Shown: one piece after another, positions 56,797 through 64,000 of the stretch
How the letters are laid out: the number at the start of each line of letters is the position of its first letter
Numbering within the stretch: the first letter of the stretch is position 1
Source: an uncultured virus (IMG/VR IMGVR_UViG_3300005764_000015)
Lineage: Duplodnaviria > Heunggongvirae > Uroviricota > Caudoviricetes
IMG/VR virus record: IMGVR_UViG_3300005764_000015
Coordinates: 1-64,000 of that record
Direction: 5' to 3' (one strand)
DNA: 64,000 nucleotides
Made by a program: the position numbers and the translations under genes
Notes under the pieces: model-generated
Told to the model about the DNA's origin: nothing
Databases searched by the model: none
Seen by the model: only the letters and a program-made list of their open reading frames with translations

Positions 56797-57399
56797 ATGG
56801 AAACGCCTTTACCTTTCTACATTCCAAGCGCAGCTGACAACCCGGAATCATTGAAAGCGCCGGGAGTCAGAATTACCCTGCCGCCAACGATGATAGATAT
56901 GTCGGCTCATCTATCCACGCTTGACTACACCGACGACTCGATGATGCAGTCGCTCTGCGTAGCCATCGCCACAACCAGAAAAATCCGGCGCACCTCCGTG
57001 CCCAATCTCACCGCGTTTGCCCAGTCGAGGCCGGACACGCTGCTGGACGCCATGAACATGGCAAAGAATGAAGGATTCATAGACCGGATCATGACGCTGA
57101 CGCTTATGCAAGATTTGGTCAAGGCCATCTCGAACGGGTTTGTCATCCTGTTTGAGACGAAGCTGACGCCGACCGTGTTCGATGACGCAATCCTCGATGA
57201 TAACATCTCACCGTATCAGCAGCTAACGCCGTGGAAAGAGCCTAACGGCAAGCCGTGGCTAGCAGCTCATGGCGTAGGCATCGGCTACCACTTACCGAGG
57301 CAGATGGTGGTGAGCCTCATTTACAAGCACCTGTACGAAGTACCAATGTCGTACATACTCACCGGGACGAAGACACCGCAATTATGGACACTAGACTGA
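56797..57399 (+). CDS. Hypothetical protein
   Basis: GGAG RBS; 200 aa. Confidence 0.65.
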   Translation: METPLPFYIPSAADNPESLKAPGVRITLPPTMIDMSAHLSTLDYTDDSMMQSLCVAIATTRKIRRTSVPNLTAFAQSRPDTLLDAMNMAKNEGFIDRIMTLTLMQDLVKAISNGFVILFETKLTPTVFDDAILDDNISPYQQLTPWKEPNGKPWLAAHGVGIGYHLPRQMVVSLIYKHLYEVPMSYILTGTKTPQLWTLD

Positions 57400-57632
57400 G
57401 AGCACTGAACTCGCTACCGCGGGCCTCACAGAAGCAGATAGACCTTATTCAGCGGCTACTAAATGACTGCGGCTACGGCGATCTAGCCAAGAGAAATGCC
57501 TACCTGTCAGCCAAGACAGAGCGGGACATCAAGTACGTAGATGACCTTAGAAAAGTAGAAGCAATCTGGATCATAGATGAGCTGATGAGATACAGAGAGC
57601 AACTGTGGATAGAACGTTCGAAGAAGAGCTGA
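57384..57632 (+). CDS. Small hypothetical protein
   Basis: ASQKQIDLIQRL...L.K.EA...IDEL pattern. Confidence 0.55.
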   Translation: MDTRLRALNSLPRASQKQIDLIQRLLNDCGYGDLAKRNAYLSAKTERDIKYVDDLRKVEAIWIIDELMRYREQLWIERSKKS

Positions 57633-58528
57633 AGAGAATTGCTAAGCGGCGAAGATGGGCTTTTATTGAACTTACGTATGCTGAGAAAATGGTCGAGCAC
57701 AATCGACTTTGCAGTTCTGGTAGACGTGCTCTGCTGAAGTACTTAATGACAGTATTTCACGGTGCAAAAGAAACGACATTTACTTTTCAGCGTAGGTATG
57801 GCATAAATGAAAAAGTAGAAGTAGAAGATTTATACGATGTGAAGTACGAATGGGCACTACATGACTTATCGCTTTGGAGTAAGGAGTGCGAAGCTCTAGC
57901 TTTAGCTACTTCTAATAATGCTATGTACGCATATCTCAGACAGCAATATGGTTCTGGGATAAAGGTGGTAAAGACTTTGCGCTGGTTATTACTGTCTCAG
58001 CACGTACCTCGCAAGAGTGTGCTGTTTGTAGAGACGTGGCTGAAGCCTGCAATGCAGAATGACTTTCTCCAAAAAGTTGATACACTATCGTCGCCTGACG
58101 GATGCTGGTTGTGGAAGGGTGCAACAAAGGATGAAGGCTACGGCAAAGTGTTTCTGCGTATGCCAAATGGAAGTATTGAACGCACTGCTCATCGCGCTGC
58201 CTTCATTTGGTGGGTTGCTGCTTTGACGAAAGCAAGACCCTGTGTTTTGCATAGAAGTTTTTGCAATAACCGAAACTGTCTGAATCCAAGCCACTTGTAT
58301 GCCGGGACAAAAGAAGATAATACAAATGATAGAATTGCTTGGGGCAGCAATAACTACTCTAGTGGCATGAATAACCCCAATAGTAAGTTGACAGAACTAC
58401 AAGTTAGAGTGATTCGCTCTTTGTACTCTAGGACGCGCATGTCCCAGCAAAAGCTAGCCGATATTTTTGGTACAACTGATACAGCGATATGGTCTGTCGT
58501 CAATCGAAAGACATGGCCTAACTTGTAA
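57605..58528 (+). CDS. HNH endonuclease with a ~150-aa N-terminal extension
   Basis: KVDTLSSPDGCWLWKG, AHRAAF, VLH...CLNPSHL...DN; low GC. Confidence 0.85.
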   Translation: MDRTFEEELKRIAKRRRWAFIELTYAEKMVEHNRLCSSGRRALLKYLMTVFHGAKETTFTFQRRYGINEKVEVEDLYDVKYEWALHDLSLWSKECEALALATSNNAMYAYLRQQYGSGIKVVKTLRWLLLSQHVPRKSVLFVETWLKPAMQNDFLQKVDTLSSPDGCWLWKGATKDEGYGKVFLRMPNGSIERTAHRAAFIWWVAALTKARPCVLHRSFCNNRNCLNPSHLYAGTKEDNTNDRIAWGSNNYSSGMNNPNSKLTELQVRVIRSLYSRTRMSQQKLADIFGTTDTAIWSVVNRKTWPNL

Positions 58529-58529
58529 C

Positions 58530-59852
58530 ATGGATAGTGAGCTCAGACTACAGCTGCTGCGCGCGCTGGTCCGGGACCGTCAGTTTCTCAAGTCATCCTG
58601 GCGGGACGTAGATCCGACCACGTTTGCGGAGAAGGAAGAGCGCACGATTGCTAAGGCGGCCTTAGGCTTTTGGGAGAAGTACGAGTCGCCGATTGGACCT
58701 ATGTTGCGATCGGCTATAGATGAAGAAATCTCCAAGAATGGGATGGCGGTTAAGACCAAGCAGAAGCTGAAGGACTTGGTCAATCTAATACAGGCGCAGA
58801 AGCTAGAGCCAGTTTCTCTATTAGCGCTGCAGGACAGAATAAAGTCACTAAAGCATAACTCGTTCTACGAAACAGCATTAGACGAAATCATTACCGCACA
58901 CGAAGCCCACGAGTTCAACGTGGAGATGCTTCGCGAAATAATCGAGAAGGCTGCGATCGAGTTACAGACTGGGAAAGTCGAAGCCAGAGACTATCTAGAC
59001 CAGCTCGAGAACCGCATAACTCGACGCAACCATTGGGACGAATTGAAAAAGTACCCGATGCTGCTAATAGATCCATTGGATGAGAAGGTCCGATCTATTG
59101 GTCGCGGGCATATCGGCTTGTTACTCGCCCCGTACTCCAGTGGCAAGGGCTTAGCACTAGCATACATAGCTACAGCCTATGCAATGCAAGGCTTGAAGGT
59201 TCTCTTCATCACGCTAGAGGATCCTTTGGATCAAGTCGAGGATCGGCTTGATGCATCATTAACAGGGCTGCCGTTATCGCGGTTGCAACAGCTACCTAAT
59301 CGACTTAGGAAAAGGTTCCGACGCATCAAGAAGCAGATGCGTGGGCGTATCCATATTGTTGATGGCACAGAGGGTGGGTGGACACTTTCACAGATAGAAA
59401 AGTTATGGGAGCAAGAAAGGCAAGCAGGCTTCGTAGCCGACGTCATTATCATAGACTATGACGATGAAATAGAATGCGAGAAGCAGTTCAAAGGTGAAAG
59501 TGCAAGGAGGATGGAGTTTGCTTGGGTGTACCGCCGGATGAGAAGGATGGCAGCCAAGCTTGACGTAATACTCTGGACAGCCGCACAAGCTTCGAGAGGT
59601 GCTGAAGGTAAGCGTATTGTAACCGGCAAGGATACTGCAGAGGACATTTCCAAGGTGCGTAAGGTGACCTTTGCGATAGGTATTGGTGGAGATCCGAGGG
59701 AGGAGAACACGAAGACTCTGTATGTAATCCGCCATCGCTTAGACCGTAGTAGATTCGCAGTAGATATAAAAACGAATTTCAGATGTGGATTGTTTTATGA
59801 TAGAGAAGCCACCCTTGCCGCGAAACGGCGCCCTCGCAGACCTGCAAGCTAG
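58530..59852 (+). CDS. DnaB-like replicative helicase
   Basis: APYSSGKG Walker A, FITLE, IIIDY, WTAAQ, AED. Confidence 0.88.
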   Translation: MDSELRLQLLRALVRDRQFLKSSWRDVDPTTFAEKEERTIAKAALGFWEKYESPIGPMLRSAIDEEISKNGMAVKTKQKLKDLVNLIQAQKLEPVSLLALQDRIKSLKHNSFYETALDEIITAHEAHEFNVEMLREIIEKAAIELQTGKVEARDYLDQLENRITRRNHWDELKKYPMLLIDPLDEKVRSIGRGHIGLLLAPYSSGKGLALAYIATAYAMQGLKVLFITLEDPLDQVEDRLDASLTGLPLSRLQQLPNRLRKRFRRIKKQMRGRIHIVDGTEGGWTLSQIEKLWEQERQAGFVADVIIIDYDDEIECEKQFKGESARRMEFAWVYRRMRRMAAKLDVILWTAAQASRGAEGKRIVTGKDTAEDISKVRKVTFAIGIGGDPREENTKTLYVIRHRLDRSRFAVDIKTNFRCGLFYDREATLAAKRRPRRPAS

Positions 59853-60324
59853 ATTCCTGAAGCACGTAGATAAGACGTCATCGCCAAAGGGATGTTGGCT
59901 GTGGGTTAGCTCTACGCGTGGTGGTGGTTATGGCAACATATCAATTCGCATGCCAGATGGACACATGGAGTGTCTTGCGCATCGAATAGCTTATATCTGG
60001 TGGATCGGCCCCATTCCAGCGGGAAAGGAAGTCTGTCATAGAGGATTTTGTAATAATCCACATTGCGTAAATCCTGATCACTTATACGCTGATACACATC
60101 AGCAGAATATGGCTGTTTCGATAGCTTTAGGCACGTTTAACTTTTTTCTGGTCAGAAGAGGTGAGCAGGTTCATGGCTCTAAGTTGACTGACTTGCAGGT
60201 TAGAGTAATTCGTGCTCTTGTTCGCAGAGGGATGATGCAGAAGAACGTTGCTAAGTGCTTTGGCTTAACACACGGCGCCGTGTGGAAAATAATTAGCCGA
60301 AAGACGTGGAAGCATGTTACTTAA
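59785..60324 (+). CDS. HNH homing endonuclease (start uncertain)
   Basis: HVDKTSSPKGCWLW, AHRIAY, VCH...CVNPDHL. Confidence 0.9.
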   Translation: MDCFMIEKPPLPRNGALADLQARFLKHVDKTSSPKGCWLWVSSTRGGGYGNISIRMPDGHMECLAHRIAYIWWIGPIPAGKEVCHRGFCNNPHCVNPDHLYADTHQQNMAVSIALGTFNFFLVRRGEQVHGSKLTDLQVRVIRALVRRGMMQKNVAKCFGLTHGAVWKIISRKTWKHVT

Positions 60325-61276
60325 AGAGGTCTTAGAAGCAGCGGGCGTCGAGTACCACGAGTCAAGGTCCAAGAAATACGAAGTTACGATGAACTGCCCG
60401 TTCTGCGAGGAACGCGATGAGAGCCCGGACCACAGATACAGACTGGGACTCAACCTTGACCAGGGCCGGGGCCACTGTTTCAATTGCGACTGGAAATCCA
60501 ACAGCTTCAGCTTCACGCTGCGAGAGTTCTGTCGCGTATTCGGCATCAAACGCAGAGTAGCACTGCGGGCAGCAGAGCCGGAAGTGAAAGAAGAAAAAGC
60601 ACCGCAGATCACGGGCTGGCCGGTGGGATACGAGCCGTTTCTATTCGGGCAGAAGATGGAGCCGTTCGAGCACAAGGCGTACAGATATCTCCAGCTGCGG
60701 GGAGTGACCAAGCTACAGGTAGAACGCCATGAAATCGGCTATGCAGAAGTAGGGCCGTTTGCCGGTAGAATCGTGTTCCCGGTGATCGGGAAAAAGCATC
60801 GGATCTATGGTTGCGTGTCGAGGGCAGTCAGCCGCAGCCTGGAGCCGAAGTACCTGAACACGCCTGGTATCAAGCTGCTGTGGAATGCCTATCGCAAGGG
60901 CAAGCGTGCGGTGGTGGTCGAAGGGATCATGGACGCACTGGCAGTCGAGCGCGCCGTACCCTGGACAGCAGAAACGGTAGCCGTAGCGCGGCTGGGCAGT
61001 GCTATCACCCGGCTGCAGCTCCACGCATTGGCCAAGTATGAGGAAGTGGTCATTCTACCCGATTGGGATGTTCCGGGTGTCCAAGGGGCGGCGAAGCTTG
61101 CAACGATGCTGCTTGAGGGCGGAAAACCGTCCAAAATATGCGTTCCCATCGTGATGGATGACCGGGACCCGGCTTCCATGGACCCGCTGGATATCGTGCT
61201 GGCAATAGACTCAGCAATCCCGTGGTCCCGTAATACTGAACGTAGACTGAGACTTGCAGCATCCCGCGCTGCATAG
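60314..61276 (+). CDS. DNA primase (Zn finger plus TOPRIM)
   Basis: CPFC...HCFNC; RIVFP; PKYLN; VVEGIMD; PDWD. Confidence 0.9.
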   Translation: MLLKEVLEAAGVEYHESRSKKYEVTMNCPFCEERDESPDHRYRLGLNLDQGRGHCFNCDWKSNSFSFTLREFCRVFGIKRRVALRAAEPEVKEEKAPQITGWPVGYEPFLFGQKMEPFEHKAYRYLQLRGVTKLQVERHEIGYAEVGPFAGRIVFPVIGKKHRIYGCVSRAVSRSLEPKYLNTPGIKLLWNAYRKGKRAVVVEGIMDALAVERAVPWTAETVAVARLGSAITRLQLHALAKYEEVVILPDWDVPGVQGAAKLATMLLEGGKPSKICVPIVMDDRDPASMDPLDIVLAIDSAIPWSRNTERRLRLAASRAA

Positions 61277-61284
61277 GAGGACAG

Positions 61285-61848
61285 ATGAGCCATCTGGTCG
61301 AAGACGACAACAACATAGCAGTTCTGGAATTTATCCACTATATGTGCACGGCACGAGAGCCGGATGTGCTGGAAATGGGCGCGAAGCGTAGCAGGGCAGA
61401 AATCAGCACACTGCATAAATGGTGGATACCGCATGCGAAGTCATTCACCGGCACAGACTTCGAGTACGGCTTTGATGTTGACGTGCTGGCAGATGCCCAC
61501 AGCATGTCCAAGACGTGGAAAGAGCCTACGTTCGACGCCATCATTAGCTGTGCAGTGTTCGAGCACCTGGAAAAGCCGTGGATCGTAGCGGAAGAAATGG
61601 CCAAGATCCTCAAGCCCCGCGGTGCAGTGCTGGTGCAGACGCACCAGAGCTTCCCGTTGCATAGTTACCCGAACGACTACTGGCGCTTCTCAGCAGACGC
61701 AATGCGGGTGCTGTTCCATCGGGGCATCGGCTTCGAAGTGAGAGAATCCGCTTATCAGTTTCCCTGTCGCATCGAAAGCGAGCGAGACCCCGGCGGGCGC
61801 AATCATCCTGCATATCTGAACATCAACTGTTTCGCGGTGAAGCTCTAG
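61285..61848 (+). CDS. Class I SAM-dependent methyltransferase
   Basis: VLEMGA, FDAIISCAVFEHL, ILKPRG, HSYPNDYWRF. Confidence 0.85.
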   Translation: MSHLVEDDNNIAVLEFIHYMCTAREPDVLEMGAKRSRAEISTLHKWWIPHAKSFTGTDFEYGFDVDVLADAHSMSKTWKEPTFDAIISCAVFEHLEKPWIVAEEMAKILKPRGAVLVQTHQSFPLHSYPNDYWRFSADAMRVLFHRGIGFEVRESAYQFPCRIESERDPGGRNHPAYLNINCFAVKL

Positions 61849-61850
61849 CG

Positions 61851-61879
61851 TTGTACCTGCCCGGATTCTGTTATATTCT
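61851..61879 (+). promoter_or_regulatory. Sigma-70-type promoter
   Basis: TTGTAC-17 nt-TATTCT. Confidence 0.5.
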
Positions 61880-61885
61880 GTCAAT

Positions 61886-62015
61886 GGCTCCAAGCGCTGA
61901 ATGCTGGCCCTGGAATAAAGCGCAGCAAGTCGTAGGGTGGAGCGGGGCACAGGCGATGGTGGTAGCCCAAAAGAGAGGCGGATCGGCCATCCGATTAGCA
62001 TTCACCTGGATGGAG
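61886..62015 (+). ncRNA. Candidate structured RNA or leader
   Basis: TGAATGCTGG (61898) pairs with TTAGCATTCA (61995); nested CCCTG/TAGGG and GATGGT/GCCATC stems. Confidence 0.3.
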
Positions 62016-62044
62016 TACTAACGCCTCCCACCAAAGGAAGAAAT

Positions 62045-62242
62045 ATGGATGCAGATGATCGTAATTATAAGCCGCAGAAAACGCTGGACGAGAGACTGGA
62101 CGCTTTAACGCAGTCGGTTGAGCTGCTGGCAGAGATGCACAAAGCAAATGAGGTACGGATGGAGCGAATGGAGCGCTCAATTACCGCAGCGGCTGTGGCG
62201 TTTTTGCAGGAGTGGGCCAAGAAGAACGGCAACGAGTCATGA
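62045..62242 (+). CDS. Small coiled-coil protein
   Basis: TLDERLDALTQSVELLAEMH. Confidence 0.65.
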   Translation: MDADDRNYKPQKTLDERLDALTQSVELLAEMHKANEVRMERMERSITAAAVAFLQEWAKKNGNES

Positions 62243-62445
62243 GCCGCCTGACGCAAGAAGAGATTGATGCCCTCAAGGGCACCGAAGAGTACGCCAGCGC
62301 ATTTGCCACGGCATTGGAAATTCACAAGAAGGTGCACGACCCAAACGCCACGCATTTTCGTGACTGCATAGAATGCAAGAGCGGCTTTGCCCTGCTGCTG
62401 GGCGCCGGCCTACAGAAGCTAAAGAATGAAGATAATCCTCATTGA
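62239..62445 (+). CDS. Small hypothetical protein
   Basis: ATGA overlap; H..H...CIEC. Confidence 0.55.
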   Translation: MSRLTQEEIDALKGTEEYASAFATALEIHKKVHDPNATHFRDCIECKSGFALLLGAGLQKLKNEDNPH

Positions 62446-63370
62446 CGCAAAGAACGCCCTGTTCCGATACGGCTGGGCGTTCAAAACGCTGCAGACGTCG
62501 GACGGCACTTACACCGGAGCCGTTTACGGCATCCTGGGGCTGCTGCAGCGACTCAAGCGTCACCACAGCAACGCTCGCTTTGCGATGGTGTGGGATGGCG
62601 AGGGAAAGTCGTGGCGGCATGATTACTGGGCGGGCTACAAGTCGAACAGAGTCAAGAACGGCCCCATAGCCGACGGAGTAAAGAGGATCCTTGCCCAGAT
62701 ATCGACCGTGACAGAAGCCACGACTATGCTGGGCATACCGCAATTCCGGGTGCCTAGGCTGGAAGGCGACGATGCCATAGCGTTGGTAGCAAAGCGGCTG
62801 ATCGGCGAAGACCACGAAGTAATCATCTACAGCAGTGACAAAGACTTTCTGCAATTAATGCCGCTGGGCGTGAAAGTCATCCACAACGCTGAAGAGCCGG
62901 TGAACGTGGGATGGGTGAATTTAAAATTCCGGTGCGCGCCGGACAAGGTGCTGCTGGTCCGGTCCATCGCCGGAGATCCATCGGACGCAATACCGGGCAT
63001 ACTCGAAGGCGTGGGCGTGGTTCGTGCAGCAGATATCATCAACGCCGGATGTAATCCCAGCTACAGCGATTTCGAGATGCATGACCTGCGGCTGCAGCGT
63101 GCATGGAAGCATCTAATTCCTCGATGGGATGAGATACACAGAAATTACACGCTGATGAAGCTGGTGGATTTCAACACGCTGCCGAAGCGTTATTCGGTAA
63201 GCGAATGCCATTGCATCGGCACTGCCATTGAAGACTGTGTGAAGAGCCTGTTGAATTATTCTCCCGGCCACAGATACAGATCCTTTCTGCAGATGATGGG
63301 CGCGCTGGAGATGGCCCAATTTATTTCCGAAAGACACAGTCTGTGGCAGTTACAACGCCTGCCAAAATAG
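62426..63370 (+). CDS. 5'-3' exonuclease / RNase H (FEN-like)
   Basis: ILIDAKN, WDG, YKSNR, EGDDAI, SSDKDFLQL, GDPSDAIPGI.GVG. Confidence 0.9.
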   Translation: MKIILIDAKNALFRYGWAFKTLQTSDGTYTGAVYGILGLLQRLKRHHSNARFAMVWDGEGKSWRHDYWAGYKSNRVKNGPIADGVKRILAQISTVTEATTMLGIPQFRVPRLEGDDAIALVAKRLIGEDHEVIIYSSDKDFLQLMPLGVKVIHNAEEPVNVGWVNLKFRCAPDKVLLVRSIAGDPSDAIPGILEGVGVVRAADIINAGCNPSYSDFEMHDLRLQRAWKHLIPRWDEIHRNYTLMKLVDFNTLPKRYSVSECHCIGTAIEDCVKSLLNYSPGHRYRSFLQMMGALEMAQFISERHSLWQLQRLPK

Positions 63371-63768
63371 TGCGAAACATTCCTATAAAGCACGCATCGA
63401 AAAAAGCCTAAATCATAACTCGTTCCAAGCCCTTGATCTTGCAATAACGGAGTGTTACAGTACCGTTGTTCTGGTACGGGTTTCGATGTGTGTACAGTGC
63501 AAGTACAAGCCCGGTATATACGCGTTTTGTTGGTAGCAAGCGCATTCGCAACGCCGTAACCAAGCTGTAACGTTGACGTAGTGAGATCAAGATGAGAAAG
63601 GCTCAGAAGAATGTATCCTACATACAGACCAGCGTCGTCTGCAGTGACGCCTCATAGAAGATGCTCTACACCCGGATCGCGCAAAAAGCCTGGGGCACGG
63701 TTCGCGGGGCCTAGAATTTCCTAACCGATAATTTTGGGCTATACCAGGAAAAAGAAGAGCTTAATACT

Positions 63769-64000
63769 ATGATGTCTGAAAAGAAGATATCCCGTAATAT
63801 AGCTAGCTGTACGGGGCTGATTATTTCGCGATCCCGGCAAACGTATGCTATGATTGCACCTGAACACAAGCGGCATATCGACCTTGAAGACGTAGTCCAG
63901 GAGGGCTATATAGCCGCGTTGGAGGCTGAGGCCTGCTTCCGGCCCCAAGGGGCAAAATTTTCCACGTTCCTATTTAATCGGTTGACGTTTCGGTACAACC
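63769..64000 (+). CDS. 3'-truncated sigma-70 family factor (region 2)
   Basis: Manual translation: ...IDLEDVVQEGYIAALEAEACFRPQGAKFSTFLFNRL; absent from the ORF track because it has no stop in the window. Confidence 0.75.
   Translation, partial: MMSEKKISRNIASCTGLIISRSRQTYAMIAPEHKRHIDLEDVVQEGYIAALEAEACFRPQGAKFSTFLFNRLTFRYN

Larger units (their letters stand above)
1584..64000 (+). mobile_element. Tailed phage/prophage genome segment (siphovirus-like morphogenesis plus replication modules)
   Basis: Co-oriented portal, protease/scaffold, capsid, tail tube, frameshifted chaperones, tape measure, fibres, helicases and primase. Left boundary uncertain; runs off the right end. Confidence 0.93.

Overview
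Almost the whole window is one + strand tailed-phage (siphovirus-like) segment, probably from an Acidobacteria-like host (an inference from host-like secreted and coiled-coil genes). It runs through small Zn-finger genes, an intein-containing portal, an accessory block, an effector cassette, protease/scaffold, capsid, neck, a collagen fibre, tail tube, frameshifted chaperones, tape measure, tail tip and a repeat-built tailspike/fibre. It ends with replication genes (SF2 helicase, DnaB-like helicase, primase, 5'-3' exonuclease) and a truncated sigma-70-like gene. Five related HNH endonuclease genes and one HNH relic are scattered through it. No terminase, integrase or lysis gene was recognised. 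The main finding is the cassette at 12.4-18.6 kb. Four modular enzymes (PD-(D/E)xK nuclease, zincin, ADP-ribosyltransferase, kinase+ART) share an N-terminal GGPGSGCHGxxCGRP tag, usually after an I-x-A site. Three are followed by a small partner gene, and the fourth carries a partner-like peptide fused to its C-terminus. This suggests a capsid-loaded, protease-matured effector system. Two promoter classes and two candidate structured RNAs are also visible. All functional calls come from reading motifs by eye; no database searches were run.
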